Assembly (NCBI RefSeq): GCF_018977255.1
Contig: NW_024704742.1
Location: 29,762,001-29,826,000, forward strand
DNA: 64,000 nt
Origin: Callorhinchus milii
Lineage: Eukaryota
Reading direction: 5' to 3'
The notes below the pieces were generated by a model. The model had not been told where the DNA came from and did not search any database. It worked only from the letters and a program-made list of their open reading frames with translations. Each line of letters opens with the position of its first letter. The stretch's first letter is position 1. The translations under genes and the position numbers were made by a program. Below, piece by piece: positions 37,706-51,299 of this stretch.

Positions 37706-39587
37706 GTAGATGCCTGTTGGGCCTGTGAAGCCCCATGAGTCACAGCCCATCGGAAGGAGAGATTAGGAGAAAATTGTCAAGGAGGGAGGGAGTGGGTAAG
37801 GAGAGTAAAGTACACTCTGATTGGACAGATGAATCTGAAGCCAAAACAGCTGATTCACAAAGTCTGTGACTATTGCTTAAAAGACTTTGATCTGCAGCAA
37901 CCGCCGAGGAGAGAAAGAAAATCCAAGAGTTTGCGCAGAACTCGTCACTGTTTCCACTTCTCGATTAAACTTTTTGATCCGTGCTGGAAACGGACCCTCT
38001 CTTACCCCCTCCCCACCCCTCCTCCCACCCCCGCCACCCCCCCATTCCCAATCTCACAGTAAATTACTCCCTTCATACCTTCATACAGTTTAAGTGGTAT
38101 GTCCGAGTCGCCCATGTATTTTTCAGGGCACCACACCCATTCTGAAATCATAATCTTGGATGGCTGTTATTAGGGTGGTGTTCTCCTTTAACCAGAGCAC
38201 TGGAATAACCACAGAGTTACGTGTACAAATATTTACCACTAATAATAGGATCATCTATATATACACACACACACCCACCAGTCAAGGTCTACTCTAGTAC
38301 TCTCATGAACTCTGGACTCAATCCGAATGTTTACAAAGTTGCCAAACACTCGGGATTAGTTGTGCTACGTTTTGAAAGAAAAAAGACAAAAACAGTTTTG
38401 TTAGCCAGCATTTGGCTACCTACGTCGCGACTCTGCAAGCCACTTGGTATTTCAAGTTGGGTCTCATCACCTGGACAGATATGGCCATTAAACAGGGCTG
38501 GTCCAATGTGGGCACGGCCCCTCATCACTGTAACACAATACACCTCGCAGTGCTTGGACACAAGCCTGTGGAATCTACTGTGTAATATGGGTAATTCATT
38601 TATAAGCCGGTGACTAATACGTCAAACAGGTGAACTGTGCATCATGTGTAAACAAAGATGTATTGTGTGTTACGTGTACACACAGTGTTGCACGTCATGT
38701 TTAAACACACGTGCATTGTGCATTCATGTGTAAATGGATAGGGATAGAGGGAATTGCATGTGTAAACACGTATGCAAAGCACATGTATAAACACATGTGT
38801 ATTGTGCACCATGTGTAGCCGAGGTGTAAGCACGTCTGTAGTGGGCATCATGGGTAAACACGTGTGGACAGAGGGAGTTGCAGGGCTCCTAGTTATGCAA
38901 TTATCAATCAAAAATAGTTCTTAATGATGCAGCAAACAACCAATCTAGGGACAGGCGACACACGTGGAGCCAGCCCGCAGATTGGATCACCGGCTGACAG
39001 ACGAGGACAGAAAATGGGAGGGTAAAGAAAGCAAAACCCAAACCTGTGCTCGTGAATAGAGAATGACGGACAATGGTCACAAACAGAATTACAGTAACTT
39101 CAACCTTCAAAGAGTCACACATTAGGAAACGGGCAGTCTCCATACCCTATCATACACTCCCAACCCATAAACATGGATTACAAAACCAATTAGCAAAGCA
39201 TCAGCCTGCACAAGCACCTCCGAATACTAAACACTCAGCCAACCTTGTGGCACGTCCATCTGTTCCAGGTCATATGTGAAGCACGGAATGCCGCGCATGT
39301 GGTTCTTTTCATTTATGTTATATATAAGTACATTTGAATATAATATATCTAAATAAGTGACGGAACCATGACACTAAATGTTACAAATCATTAGCCAGGC
39401 AGCGTATGGAGATTCTCACAATTTACGGGTAGCAGTGAAGTATTCCGGCCTCTATTATTCAGTGTGACCCACAGGCGGGTCCCAAAGTGAGGGTCAGCAG
39501 ACACAGTATCTATCTCTATTCAGAGGCAACGGGTAAAGATAACACAGGAATTACCTGTAAAACACTTCGAGACGTTTCGACCGTCGT

Positions 39588-39925
39588 ATCAGCCTCACTC
39601 ATTTGGTCGCACTCTCACCTCTGGGTGCGGGTTCAAGCCCCAACTTAGGGCTTTAAGTTCTCTGTGTTTGAAGCTGATAATTACGTAGTGCTGAGGAAGC
39701 GCTCCATTCTTGGAGGTTCCGTCCCTCGCATGAAACAATGTACTGCGGTCCCGTCTGCCTGTTCGAGTAGACATTAAAGATTTCTCGCTAATAGTAATCC
39801 TTGCATTTGGTGCTTGATAAGAAAAGGAAGTTTCTCCCTCCCGGCGTCCTGACCAACAATCCTCCAGATAAACTGGTCATTCCCTTCATGTTTGTGGGAC
39901 CATGCTGTGCGCAAATTGGTTGCTG
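39588..39925 (+). mobile_element. SINE family B
   Basis: gggttcaagccc B box; gtcccgtctgcctgttc core. Confidence 0.8.
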
Positions 39926-40130
39926 TTATACTATTTACATTTCTATAACGCCTTACACATCAGGAGAACATCACAAAGCAATTTACACAGCTGTCTGGGC
40001 ACATAGCTTATGTGTGCATATGTGTGTGTGTGTGGGGGGGGGAGGTGGTGGGCAAGGGGGGAGTGGGGGGAATGACTCAAAATGTGATTCAAAGCGGGCT
40101 TTGAAAATGGGGAGGGAGAGTTGTCTATGA

Positions 40131-40486
40131 AATAATAATCTTTGCATTTGTTATAGCTCCTTACCACATCATTCAGACGTTTCAAACTGCTTCACAGAAT
40201 ATATTGTTATGTGGATTGACTATATATTTTGTGGACGAAACATGGCAGCCAATTGCGCACGGCAGTGTCACACAAACAGTCGTGGATCGAGTGACCACAT
40301 TTTTTTTGAGGGTTTATTTAAAGCAATCTGCCAATCAACTAACAACTGGGTTCCTACTTTCTGTTACGTAAACAACAGCGTGCAGAGTAAGCAAACTCGC
40401 CCAACATTTCGCCCCACTAGGGAATCGAACCCAGGTCCTCCCACTTGCGAGGTGAGTGTTCTAATCACTACGCTATAGGACTCCAC
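40131..40486 (-). mobile_element. Full-length SINE family A (long form)
   Basis: Head (ggactccac, gggaatcgaaccc) and tail both present. Confidence 0.9.
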
Positions 40487-40904
40487 AAATACACAGTCAA
40501 TATGAATTGCCTGTAAAAGCTCTTTTGAGACACTTAGAAGTTTACAGAAGCACCGCGGTCGGTAACCATGGTTGCAACGAAAACTTCCCGTGTCTGAGGC
40601 ACTTTGATTAACAAATTAGCTTCTTATCAGGTTGATTTCGCGGCTTAAAGAAGAATACTTCCGTCTCAAATGTAAAAATGCAGTGCTCTCCCGGGAAAGT
40701 CTATTTTCAGTCAAAGTGCTGCTACTTTAAGAGGGTCAAGCGAGCTGTCTGTCGTCTGTCCTCAGAGGCCATCGAGAGGCACAGGCAGAACACAGGCTCA
40801 TGGTCAGAGAGCAGGGCATTCCCTCTCTGAGACAAGGTTGCGAGTAAAGATGAGGAGTTTCTTCAAAGCTCAGGGACTGAGGAAGAGGACAGGAGAGAGG
40901 GAGA

Positions 40905-41140
40905 GAGAACAATATTGAAAGAAATAAAAGATTGAAAGTGTGAAAGAGTAAGTAAGAGTAAAAGAAAGAGTGAAAGAGTAAAAGAGAGAAAGAAAGAGTG
41001 AGAGTGAAAGAGAGAAAGAATGAAAGAGTGAAAGACAGAGAGAATGAAAGAGAGAAAGACAGAGTGAAAGACAGAGTGAAAGAGTGAGAGAGAAAGAGTA
41101 AAAGAGAGTGAGTGAGAGAGAGAGAGAGAGAGAGAGAAAG
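40905..41140. repeat. GA-rich microsatellite
   Basis: (gagtgaaaga)n grading into (GA)n. Confidence 0.9.
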
Positions 41141-41499
41141 GAGTTAGAAGGGAAGTGATAACAACAGCATTGGTAGTGGTGTGGAGGAGAACCATTTGCT
41201 CACTCTGACTATCAGAAAACAGGGCTAAAACAACAACAAATTACATGTGTAAAGCGCCTTTCACGTCCTAAGAAGCTGGAAAACAAGAGGAAAGAAAAGT
41301 TTCCCCCCCAAAAAAAACACAGCTTGCTCCTGTACCCAATTCTGCTTGGATGAGGGAACAGGTGGAAGCAGGATGAGCACCCCCTTTAGGTAACACAGGG
41401 TACACATCATACAAGAAGGCGAGGCGGACAACACTTCTTCTCTTGTCCACAGAGATCAAGGCATCTCCCCCAACCACAACCCATGTAATTGCTGGAGGC

Positions 41500-41900
41500 T
41501 TTGTACTTAGCCACACTGGTGTCTCTTTTATGTAACAATCCATAAAACAAGATTTGTGAAGTGCAGTAACAAGGAATTATCAATAGCATCTTCTCTGAAG
41601 AAGCCTCAATGAGCTCACCCTCGGCTAATGAAGGCCTAGTCAAGTTGTCTGCTCTTCTGGATACCAACATCCCCTCGATAACAAACACCATGTTCAGTAA
41701 CATGTATGACCCATCATTATCCACAATGACCATCATTGTGCTGAACTTCCCCACCCCCCGTTTCTCCCCAAACCAACTGCAATTCTGTCGCCCACATTCC
41801 CTCCCACACCAGGGATCGCAAACCCAACACCTCCGTTCTCTCTTGGAGAATATAGCGCAAAGAATATCAAATTCAAGTGCCATACTCAACTTCTGGTTAA
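41500..41900 (-). mobile_element. Probable degenerate CR1-like LINE fragment
   Basis: LINE-like remnant translation; family call uncertain. Confidence 0.35.
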
Positions 41901-42024
41901 ACTTAATGCAGTGATTTCTTAATACTTTATTTGCGCTTTAAAGATGTTGGAATTAAACTCAAGATTCAGTGTCTTGTAACTCTGAAATGCACTGACTGAT
42001 GCTGCACAAGTAAGCACAGCAGCT

Positions 42025-42415
42025 AATCTTTTTATTGGTCAACCAAGTGTCGGGCACATGCGGAAACCCATAACCATGTTTAAGAGTATCCAAACCAAAC
42101 AGAGTTCCAAGCATCCCACCTTCTCGTGGAAGTTCCCATGTTTGGAGTAAAATGCACACTCTCTCTCCTGATGGAGCTTACCTAATTCTAGAGAATATTA
42201 GGCGTTGGATGCCAAAAGCCAAGGCTTAGGGACTCCAGAGTATGTGGTGCTGGTGTACTGCTGGGGCCGAACCAGCTAAAAGTGCATAGCTTATCATTGA
42301 AAACAGTGTCTGGCGTCCCGCTCCTTGTGAAGCTAGAACCACCCAACCTAACTGTTAGGGCTTTCGCTTGCAGGGTTAACAAGAGCTGATTGGGAAGAAT
42401 CCTTGCCTCCCACCC
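42025..42415. repeat. Unclassified ancient interspersed repeat, copy 2
   Basis: Colinear with 14110-14460. Confidence 0.65.
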
Positions 42416-44229
42416 TGCAATTGACTAATCTTCACCTGCATCATCTCACAAACAGCAGTGAGATGGTCACATTTGAACTATGTCTCGGTGAATTGAGGTG
42501 AGGGAGCAATATTATCCATGACATCAGAAGAATTCTAAATATTGCCAATGCATCTCTCAAGTTCACTTGAACCACGAGAACAGAACGACAAGAGTCAATT
42601 GAGAGGCTGAATAGATTGGGATGTTTGAAAGGGTCAAGTATAGAGCCTTGACAATAAGGATATTAAGAGGCAGGGAAATGGGATTAAAAGATCTGACATA
42701 ATCTAATAAAATGGCAGAACATGTTCAACAAGCCAAAAGGCCTTCTCCTTTTCCTAAATGCCTGTGAGAGACTCTTCTTTTTATCCCTTCTTCCCTTCGT
42801 TTTCTTTTTTAAGTTCTCTTTGTTTCTTGAAATGTCCTTTTGTTGTTTGTAAATGTACATCACCTGTCCTGGCTAATATTCCTCCTTAATCCAAATTCAA
42901 CCCCACCCACAAAAAAATTCAATTTGATAACAACTTGATTGTTCATCTCATTGGTGGGGACGTTGTTGGCACATGTTATCTGCTGCATTTGGCCGGAACA
43001 GTTTATACTAATACATATTACAAGGCATCTACAGGGTATCCACAAAGTCTGTTACCCCCTGTACTGAATACGATTAAGTACTTCGAAATACAATTAAATG
43101 CAAGGATTATTATTATCATCATTATTCCACATGTTTCAGTTGTTGGTCAGTGCCCTATAGAAAAAAATCATTTGTGGACAACCTGTATAGCAACAGGGCA
43201 TTCAGCGCAATTAGTCCAAGCTTATACTCTGTTTATACTCCAATATGAGCCTCCGCCCATCCTAATCCCTGCCCTTCTTAGTCTTCCTCCGCCCCCCATA
43301 CCCACCTATTCCCTTCATCTAAGCATTGCGTTTCTTCTTAAATGCACTGATGCTTATTAATTCTTCTTAAATGCAATAATGTTTATTATTTGTTTATTTC
43401 CACATGATCCCTTTCTTCCCCCCAATTGAGTCATTGCTTTAGGTTCTATTCTATCTGCCTTGTTATTTAGGTGGACTTTAAGGGATCGATCACACTGCTG
43501 CTATTTCAAAAAAAGAGTAGGAGTTTCTTTCTCTCCGTTATCCTCCCTTATATTCCCCTCATCCAAATTCACCACAAAAATCTAAATTAATAGGCTACTC
43601 ATCTCATAGTTGCTTGTAGGAGCTCGCTGGTTTAGATTAGCTGCCGCGTTTGCCTGCATAACATTCATTTTATTTCTAATTAATCTTATTCTTGAAAGCC
43701 CTTTTTGACTTTTAAACGAAAGGCGCGATATAAATGGAAGTTGTCATAGGACCTTGGTATAACGTCTCATGCGGAGAAGATAAAAAAATTGGTGGGGGGG
43801 GGGGGTAGGGTTTAAATCACATCGCACCAGGGTGTTGCCTTCAGTCAACTTTTTAACACTAATCCAGTGAATCAGTGTTGATATCAGTCTCGCCCTGATT
43901 GAACTCAGTTTAAGCACAAAACCTTCATTTCAGAAGACAATACGTCTGAAAGATGTCTGACACTCCAACCTGAAATTCATTAACAGAATAAATAGCCTCA
44001 GTACAACTGCAAATCCTACATTAAACAAACTAGCTGTATTTGTCCTGGCATTATGGTCAGTTGTACCTTTACCTGACACAAGCTTCACAGAGCATATGTG
44101 ACTCTCAGTGTATCCATGCATCTTGGTGTATGTCTTGGACTTTAGTACACAAAGTGTGGATCTTGATTGAGCATCGCTCAAGTGTATGTATTTATATCCC
44201 CATGGTCACGGTATACTGTATGTATGCAT

Positions 44230-44365
44230 ATATCGCTATTTGTGAAACATTGCTGTGCTCAAATCATCCGCGTTTGCCTACAAATCCACAGAAAATCTTG
44301 TGAAGTTCTCCAAGATGTTTCAAAATCATAATGAGGTGCTATATTAAATGCAAGGATTATTATAT
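44230..44365 (+). mobile_element. SINE 3' fragment
   Basis: acattgctgtgc...aatgcaaggattattat. Confidence 0.8.
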
Positions 44366-44507
44366 TACACATATGCATAACATACATGAGCGCGTTTGTG
44401 TCTATATAGGTATAAATAATATCTGCATGTGTGTGGGTCACATTTGTGCATTTCAGATATGCATTTATATCATTGTGTGTCTGTTTCATGGTATGTCTTA
44501 CTACTGA

Positions 44508-44752
44508 ATATAATAATAATAATCCTTGCATTTGATGTAGTGCCTTATCCCAACTTTGGGATGTCTCAAAGCGCTACACAGAATAATAATAATCCTTGCA
44601 TTTGATATAGCGCTTTTCACGTCGGGAGGACGTCCCAAAGCGCTTCACAGAACACATTGCAAAGTGAATTGACTGCATATTTTGTGGGCGAAACACGGCA
44701 GCCAATTGCGCACAGCAGTGCCCCACAAACAGTCATGGATTGAGTGACCAAA
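44508..44752 (-). mobile_element. Two stacked SINE tails / 3' half
   Basis: aataataatccttgcatttg occurs at ~44512 and ~44582. Confidence 0.9.
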
Positions 44753-46384
44753 TTATTATAAATTATTATTTATAATTAATTATTATTATTATAATTATTA
44801 TTTATAATAATTTATGAATTAATTAATACTTCATAATAATACATGCATTTGTTATAACTGTGTGTATAACATTCATATATTTCGATGTGTATGTACATCT
44901 CTGTGACTCAATATATATATGCTTGTGTATCCTTTAGAATAGGCATTATATATATTGAATGACACCTTCATATAACATACGAGCATCATATATATGTAAA
45001 ATGAGTGCGCCTTCAGTAAGTGTTTGCATATCTGTGAGTCTCTCAGTACATACAGCAAGGCTCTTGTGTTTTGTGACGTATAATGTAACATTGAACACCA
45101 GCCCAGAGCGAGCGACCACAGAGCTTCCTGAAACGGTCTGATCTGCAAACAGGAGGCGGTTGGGAAGAAACACATGCGTTCAACATGTTAAACAGCATAA
45201 GTCTGCTCAGTGTAAGCAATCATTCTTTAAGATCTTTGAGAACTCGTCAGCAGATCTCCAGTGGTTCAATGTATGGAATAAGCGACACAGCATTGTGGCA
45301 GACAAACAGACATGTGCAGCTGCGTCTAAATACTGTTGTACGTAGACTGAAATGGTTTGGTCTGTAAAAGGGTTAAAAGGTTATTCTCCTACTACTGTAC
45401 ATGCTAACAATCCCGATCACAGGGCCTTGACAACAGAACCCTTGTACACAAAATATTTCATCCACCACAGGGTTCATTCATAGTGCTGTGTTTATATGGG
45501 ATTTGCAGCACAAATTTATATGGCACTCACAATGTCCTTTTAGGCTGAGTTTCAAAACAAGTTGTTGTTTCTTTTTTGCTGTGGTCGAAATGAAGGTGCT
45601 TCACTCCTATGGTAGCGACACTGAATTAATTAAAGCCTTCAAGGGCCACAATCTACTCCAATGGCTCTATTTCCAGCATGAAACATTCAATACAACTGCA
45701 AATTGCTAGTTGCAATGTGTATTATTTACTTACAATCTGTGAGTAGAGCGCGCCTCGTCTCTAGCTGCTCGCATGCTGCTGCATCTGACCCCTCTGTCAG
45801 AGCTATGCATACAGGCTTTCATTGTCCATTCACTCATGCCTGGTCTGACCTGCCAGAGCAGGAGCCGTTCACTTCATTAACCTCATGTAACATGCAAAGT
45901 GCCATGTCATTTTCCCCCCCGATATGAGAAAAAGATCAAATCAGGGCCAGGTTCCCACAAGCCGGTCGGTGTGTGACGTACATGGGAATCCCTGCAGGAG
46001 ATGCACTTTATGTCCCAGGGTGCTGTTTCTGGTGTGCAGCGCTGTTTGACTTGCTGATTTCCTGAGGAGTATGTTTTCAACCATACAGAGTCACAAACTA
46101 AAACAGAAATATAGTAGATAACAGCATATCTCTTATCTACATCAGGGCTCAAATGCAGTATTAAATTGGGCTGTGACACTGGCAAACATTTGTGTAGTAA
46201 CCATGTGCGCAGTGTAACAAGGTTTTGGATTTAACTTGAGCAATGCAAGGTGGAGAGATCTGATCTAAGTACACGGCTAGACACACACACACAAGGCTGC
46301 GGACAGAGAGTGAGAGATGCAGCATACACATACATATACAAGACTGAACTCATGCACCATTGAACTATGGACCATTTGTTATTA

Positions 46385-46885
46385 ATAATAATAAAAATGA
46401 TGATCCTTACAACTTAAATAACAACTTTCACATCAGGAGAACGTCTCAATGTAACTCACAGGATTCACTGAAATGTGTTTTGTAGTTGAATGTGATAGCC
46501 AGCCTTGCACACGTGGCAGCACAATTGTGCACAGCAATGTCTGGCACACAGCCATGAAATGAATGACTAATTTTATCTGGGGAATTGTTGGTCACGACAC
46601 CGAGAGAAACTCCTGCTCCTTTTAGTTAGTACCATGAGATCTTTAACGTCCACCTGAACAGGCAGACCGGGCCTTGGTTTAACGTCTCACTCGAAGGCGA
46701 GCACCTCTGAGCTCGTCCAGCACTGTATTGCAGTAACAACAACAATAACTTGGATTTATATGGCACCCTGAACGCCGGACGGTGTCTCAGAGTACCACCC
46801 TGGACTACAAGCTCAAAGTCCAGACTTGGGCTTGAACCCAACACCTGCTGACTCAAGAAGCCAGAATGCTACCAACAGGGCCAGG
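46385..46885 (-). mobile_element. SINE family B, full length, with a small L2-tail insert (~46733-46790)
   Basis: gggcttgaaccc head, Deu-like core; internal (aac)n plus atttatatggcacc. Confidence 0.85.
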
Positions 46886-49304
46886 GTGACAGCTAATTAT
46901 CATTGAGCACAGTAGCTTATCCAGGCGATAGTTAACGCGGTAAAAGCCGTAGTGAACTTGTCATGGTCATCACTATTTCTGGTTTCACGGGCTTCATGAG
47001 AAATACCTTAGGGGGGTTGGGGCATTGACACCTGGGCTGTGTTTCAGCCTCTGATCAAGGTCTTGGTGTGCAAAATCAAAAATCAGACTAGATATTGAAT
47101 CTTTCAACTACTAACCTCAGTTCTAGTCAGGAGTAGAGAAAACGTAATGGAGAAACTCCACAGTACAGTACTTGTCCAGCTAGTACCACTCTACCCGGTA
47201 GAGCTTAGACTGCTGGAGTTGTTGATGTCAGTTTACTGTGGACCTCAATGGGATCCTGACAGCAGCATGAAGCTGTTACACGACAAAACTAACTTGCTGG
47301 TTCTGGGGCAACCACCTCGAGGATCATCATCCGCAACTGTTTCTATGGATATTGTTGCTGATTCCAAACAGGATAGTTTACCTGGAGTCCAACTCCAAGA
47401 GGTAACTACGTATCGCATGTTCCTGCTGCGGTAAAGCACTGAAGGCCAACAGTAGCCATGCCTTGCCAGTAGGGGTACCGCTCTAAGGACAGATAGCCTA
47501 GGGATTCTAGCTAATTTTGCTCCTCGTGGCAATGGTGTTGAGTTGTTCACCACCCCATTTGTCCAGGTATCAATATTCACCTTCAAAACATTTCCTTTCG
47601 CATGAAAGGTGCTCCACATAGATATAGATTGCTTACTGCTGAGATTCAGTTCAAAGTTTGCTAAAATAAAACACATTTCACTGCTTGGAGCAGTGGATGT
47701 CAGTACAGTGGTTTGACTGACTGATTGACTAAGGGATTGCATGGCACTGAAGGAAGAAACCATCAGAGTGAATCTATCAAACACACTCTCAGCACTCAGC
47801 TCTCGAATGGGGATGTGTGTGTGTGCGCGTATATATATATATATAAAGAAGAGACAGAGAGAGTTATCCTTCTGCTTCACTCTAATCCTCTTCCCAGAGA
47901 GTAAGACAGCAAAGAAACAAACAGATAAATCTTCTGTTTGTTATCAGAAAGGCATGCAATTCTTTTCTAAGCATATCTTGAGGAAGTGCTTCAACGAACA
48001 TCTCTCTAGGAGATAAGTTAGTTAATGCCATCAATATTGCTGGAGGGTGGAGGGAAGGGAAAAGAAAGACAAATACTCTGAGAACAACAGTTTTGTTATT
48101 CAGCAACCTCTCATCTGCGTAACATATTCAGCTTTGTGACTGGCTCCTTTCCTGCACTCCGCTCAGCTCTCGAAATTACCTCAAGTCACTGTTCCCAAAA
48201 GGGTAAGGCTTTAAGCATCTGTCACAAACCTAGCTCGCATTTCTAATTGGATGACTCACTGACAGTCTAAATGCTGCAGACAGTTATGGGGAGAAATTTG
48301 CAGTCTTTCTGCAGGAAACGGCACTCGGAGGATCTCTGCTTGCAGCTCAGCACTACTGGGGGGGTATTAGGAGGGAGGAGAAGCAGAAACTCTCAATGCA
48401 GAGCTCGAACATGGGATGCTTCCACTGCAATGGGCAATGCTGAATTGAACCCTGAGCTGTTGGGGAGGAAGCAAGATCGACCCATGTCATTCCATGTCTG
48501 GGATGTTTGCAAGTTACTTAAATCCTCCCCTCCCCCCAAATACACGCATAAAGGCACGCATTCTATTAAGACAGTGTTATTCTTCCATCTCCTTTCTCTC
48601 TCCACCCCTCCGAAATCGATAAACACCTTTGCATCCAGGCAGTAAAGTTCCCACAAAATTTGTTCTCCTACAAAAATACGCACTCAGTACAATTTACAGT
48701 CAATCTTTGTAACGTTCTCCTTAAAAGCATTATATCAAATGCAAGGATTACTTATTTCTACAAGTTTCACGTGGTAAACCGTAAGGACATTTCCATCCTC
48801 ACTGAAAAATGTGCAACTCAGAAGCCAACTACTTTGTGGAAGGAGCGAGGAAATGGGATTAGAGTAACTCTCTCACAACGAGCTGAATGGCCTCCTGTGC
48901 TGAAGTTTGATTGATGCGATTAAGTTTAGTGCCCATAGGCAAAGTGCTCTCATAATGGAACATCGGGGCCCACCTTAGAACAGTCCAAGACGTTCTGAGC
49001 TTTCAGATGATTTCAGAGCTGTACACTGAGGCAGCCTTAATCTTCTAAAGCTTTGCTCCTCTGTCATACCGAGGCTATAGACTCACATCTTTGTCTTTGT
49101 CTGAAAGTGCCTCCGTGTTCCCTTGCAAGTCAGTTATCCCACTGGTGCAAGAGGCCTGAATGACCACCCCTCCCCCCACGCTTCCTGTCACAACAGCTTG
49201 TTTGTGCTCACTGATCACTCTGGCCAAGTTTAACAGGCTGTCCATGGCCCTCAGGGCATGGTTCAAACAAGTATCATCACCACTTGAAGCAGAGAGAGGA
49301 GCAC

Positions 49305-49722
49305 ACTCGGAGTCAAAGTTTGTGGGTTAAAGCCCCACGTGGGCAATTGGAATCAATCGTTTAAGATGATACGCCAACGCTGTGCTTGGGACGGGTTGCA
49401 TTGTTGGAGGTGCCATACTTCAGATGAGACGTTAAACCAAGTTCCTGTCTGCCTGTTCAGGTGGATTGTAAAGATCCCATGGCACTGTGCAAAAGGAGAA
49501 GGGAGTTTCTCCCAGTGTCCTGGCCAACAACCCACCAAATAAAAGTTGGTCACACACTCCAAGGCTGGTTGTGGGGTATTGCTGTGCACAAATTGGCCTC
49601 TGTGTTCATCCACACAACACGCAGTCACTCACAGTCAATTTGTAGTATACATCCTGTGAATCACTTTGGAAAGTCCTGCTGAAGTGAAAGCCGCAGTCCA
49701 AATGTAAGGATTATTACTATTA
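49305..49722 (+). mobile_element. SINE family B
   Basis: gagacgttaaacc...caggtggattgtaaagatcccatggcac. Confidence 0.88.
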
Positions 49723-50137
49723 CAAAACACAGTGCAGTAACAGGGCTCTCCTGTACATCCATATAGACAAATTCATCTCAAAGGATGTATCACAAATGAA
49801 ACATACATTTATACATATATAAATATAAATAAAATATATTCTTGGAAAGCATATCAATTGGAACTTGTTTAAGCCGGTATTTTGAAAACTAAAAGGCACA
49901 GAATAACTTATGGCCTGGTTCAGTTGTCGGCTTTGGTGAGACGCTCCTATATTAAAATCTTTGCATCGGATGCTGGATAATGGAGAATTCACGGTTCTGC
50001 TCTTGCTTACAAGGTTACGGCACTCAGTTTTTCAAACTGAGCTTGAAGTGGCTTTCTCCCAACTTCGTTTGCTCTGCACATTGAGCTAAACAACATCACT
50101 GGACATTGAGAAGACTTCCCTGCTCTCCGTCTGCCTG

Positions 50138-50280
50138 TTCTTCGACCGTGCTTTTGATCTTCCTGCTTCCCCCCCGTCCCCCACTCTGACCCCCAGCTCG
50201 GGTCCGTAACTCTGTCTGTCCAGCGCCTTGGAACGTCCTCCCGACGTGAAAGGCGCTATACAAATGTAATTTTGTTGTTG
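50138..50280 (+). mobile_element. L2 3' end
   Basis: cttcgaccgtgcttttgatc...gtgaaaggcgctatacaaatgtaattttgttgttg. Confidence 0.9.
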
Positions 50281-50785
50281 AAGTGGTTGTTAAAGTTCCT
50301 GTGGCACTATTTAAAAAAAAGAGAGTTTCTCCCCATGTCCTGGCCAACAATCCCCCAGATATATATAAAAAATTAATCCACTCCCTGGCTGTTTGTGGAA
50401 CATTTGTTGTGTATTCCTCACTAATGAGATTGCCTATTTGGAGCTAACTTGTGCCAACCGCTTGCACTCACCAGCAATTAGGATTTGAGATGAGCTGAAG
50501 TTTCCTTTACGCAGTACACTGCAACCACAGGCAATGGCAACTTTCAACCCATCAATCTGCGTAGTGCTGCCACCTTTTGCGATAGATATAAAAAGGAGAG
50601 GAAAGAGGTGGGGGAGAATCACAAAAGATTTCCCACTTTGTTTTCCTTAGTTGCAAAAAGAAACTCAACATTCTGATGACAAAAAAAGCCACACTGCACC
50701 ATTCATTTCTGCACGGCCTTGTATTTGCATGTCTTGTTCGACCTGGCACCTGCAACATCCTAGAGTTTATATCTCTGGAGCCTGA

Positions 50786-51101
50786 TGATAATAATAATCC
50801 TTGCATTTGATATAGTGCCTTATCACATCTTCTAGACGTCTTAAAGCGCTTCACAGAATATACTGTAAAGTGAATTGACTGTATATTTGTGGGCGAAACA
50901 CGGCAGCCAATTGCGCACAGCAGTGTCCCACAAACAGTCGTGGATTGAAGTGACCAATTTTATTATTGTTTTTGTCTTGAGGGATTATTATCAGGCGTGT
51001 GGATTAAGGAAACTTGCCCAAGGTTTTGCTCTGCAGGGAATCAATCCCAGGTCTCTCGCTTGCGAGGTGATTGCTATAACCACTGAGCTGCAGGACTCCA
51101 C
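50786..51101 (-). mobile_element. Full-length SINE family A (short form)
   Basis: Reverse complement of the 27175-27500 type. Confidence 0.93.
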
Positions 51102-51132
51102 AGATACTAGATAACAAGGTCATTAGTGATGG

Positions 51133-51299
51133 AATAAATTGGTCACTCAATCCACGACTGTTTGTGGGACGCTGCTGTGCGCAATTGGCTGCCGAGTTTC
51201 GCCCACAAAATAATCAATTTACTTTACAGTATATTCTGGGAATATGAGACGCCTCGAAGATGTGATAAGGCACTATATCAAATGCAAGGATTATCATTA
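51133..51299 (+). mobile_element. SINE 3' half
   Basis: aaattggtcactcaatccacgactg...aatgcaaggattat. Confidence 0.9.

Noticed and set aside
38640..38870. Multiple CACGTG/CATGTG E-boxes
   Set aside because: They are expected by chance in a TG/CA-rich low-complexity tract.
47245..47880. 211-aa minus-strand ORF
   Set aside because: It crosses a TA/TG microsatellite and a SINE-tail remnant (~47585-47625), has no recognisable domain and no convincing splice pair.
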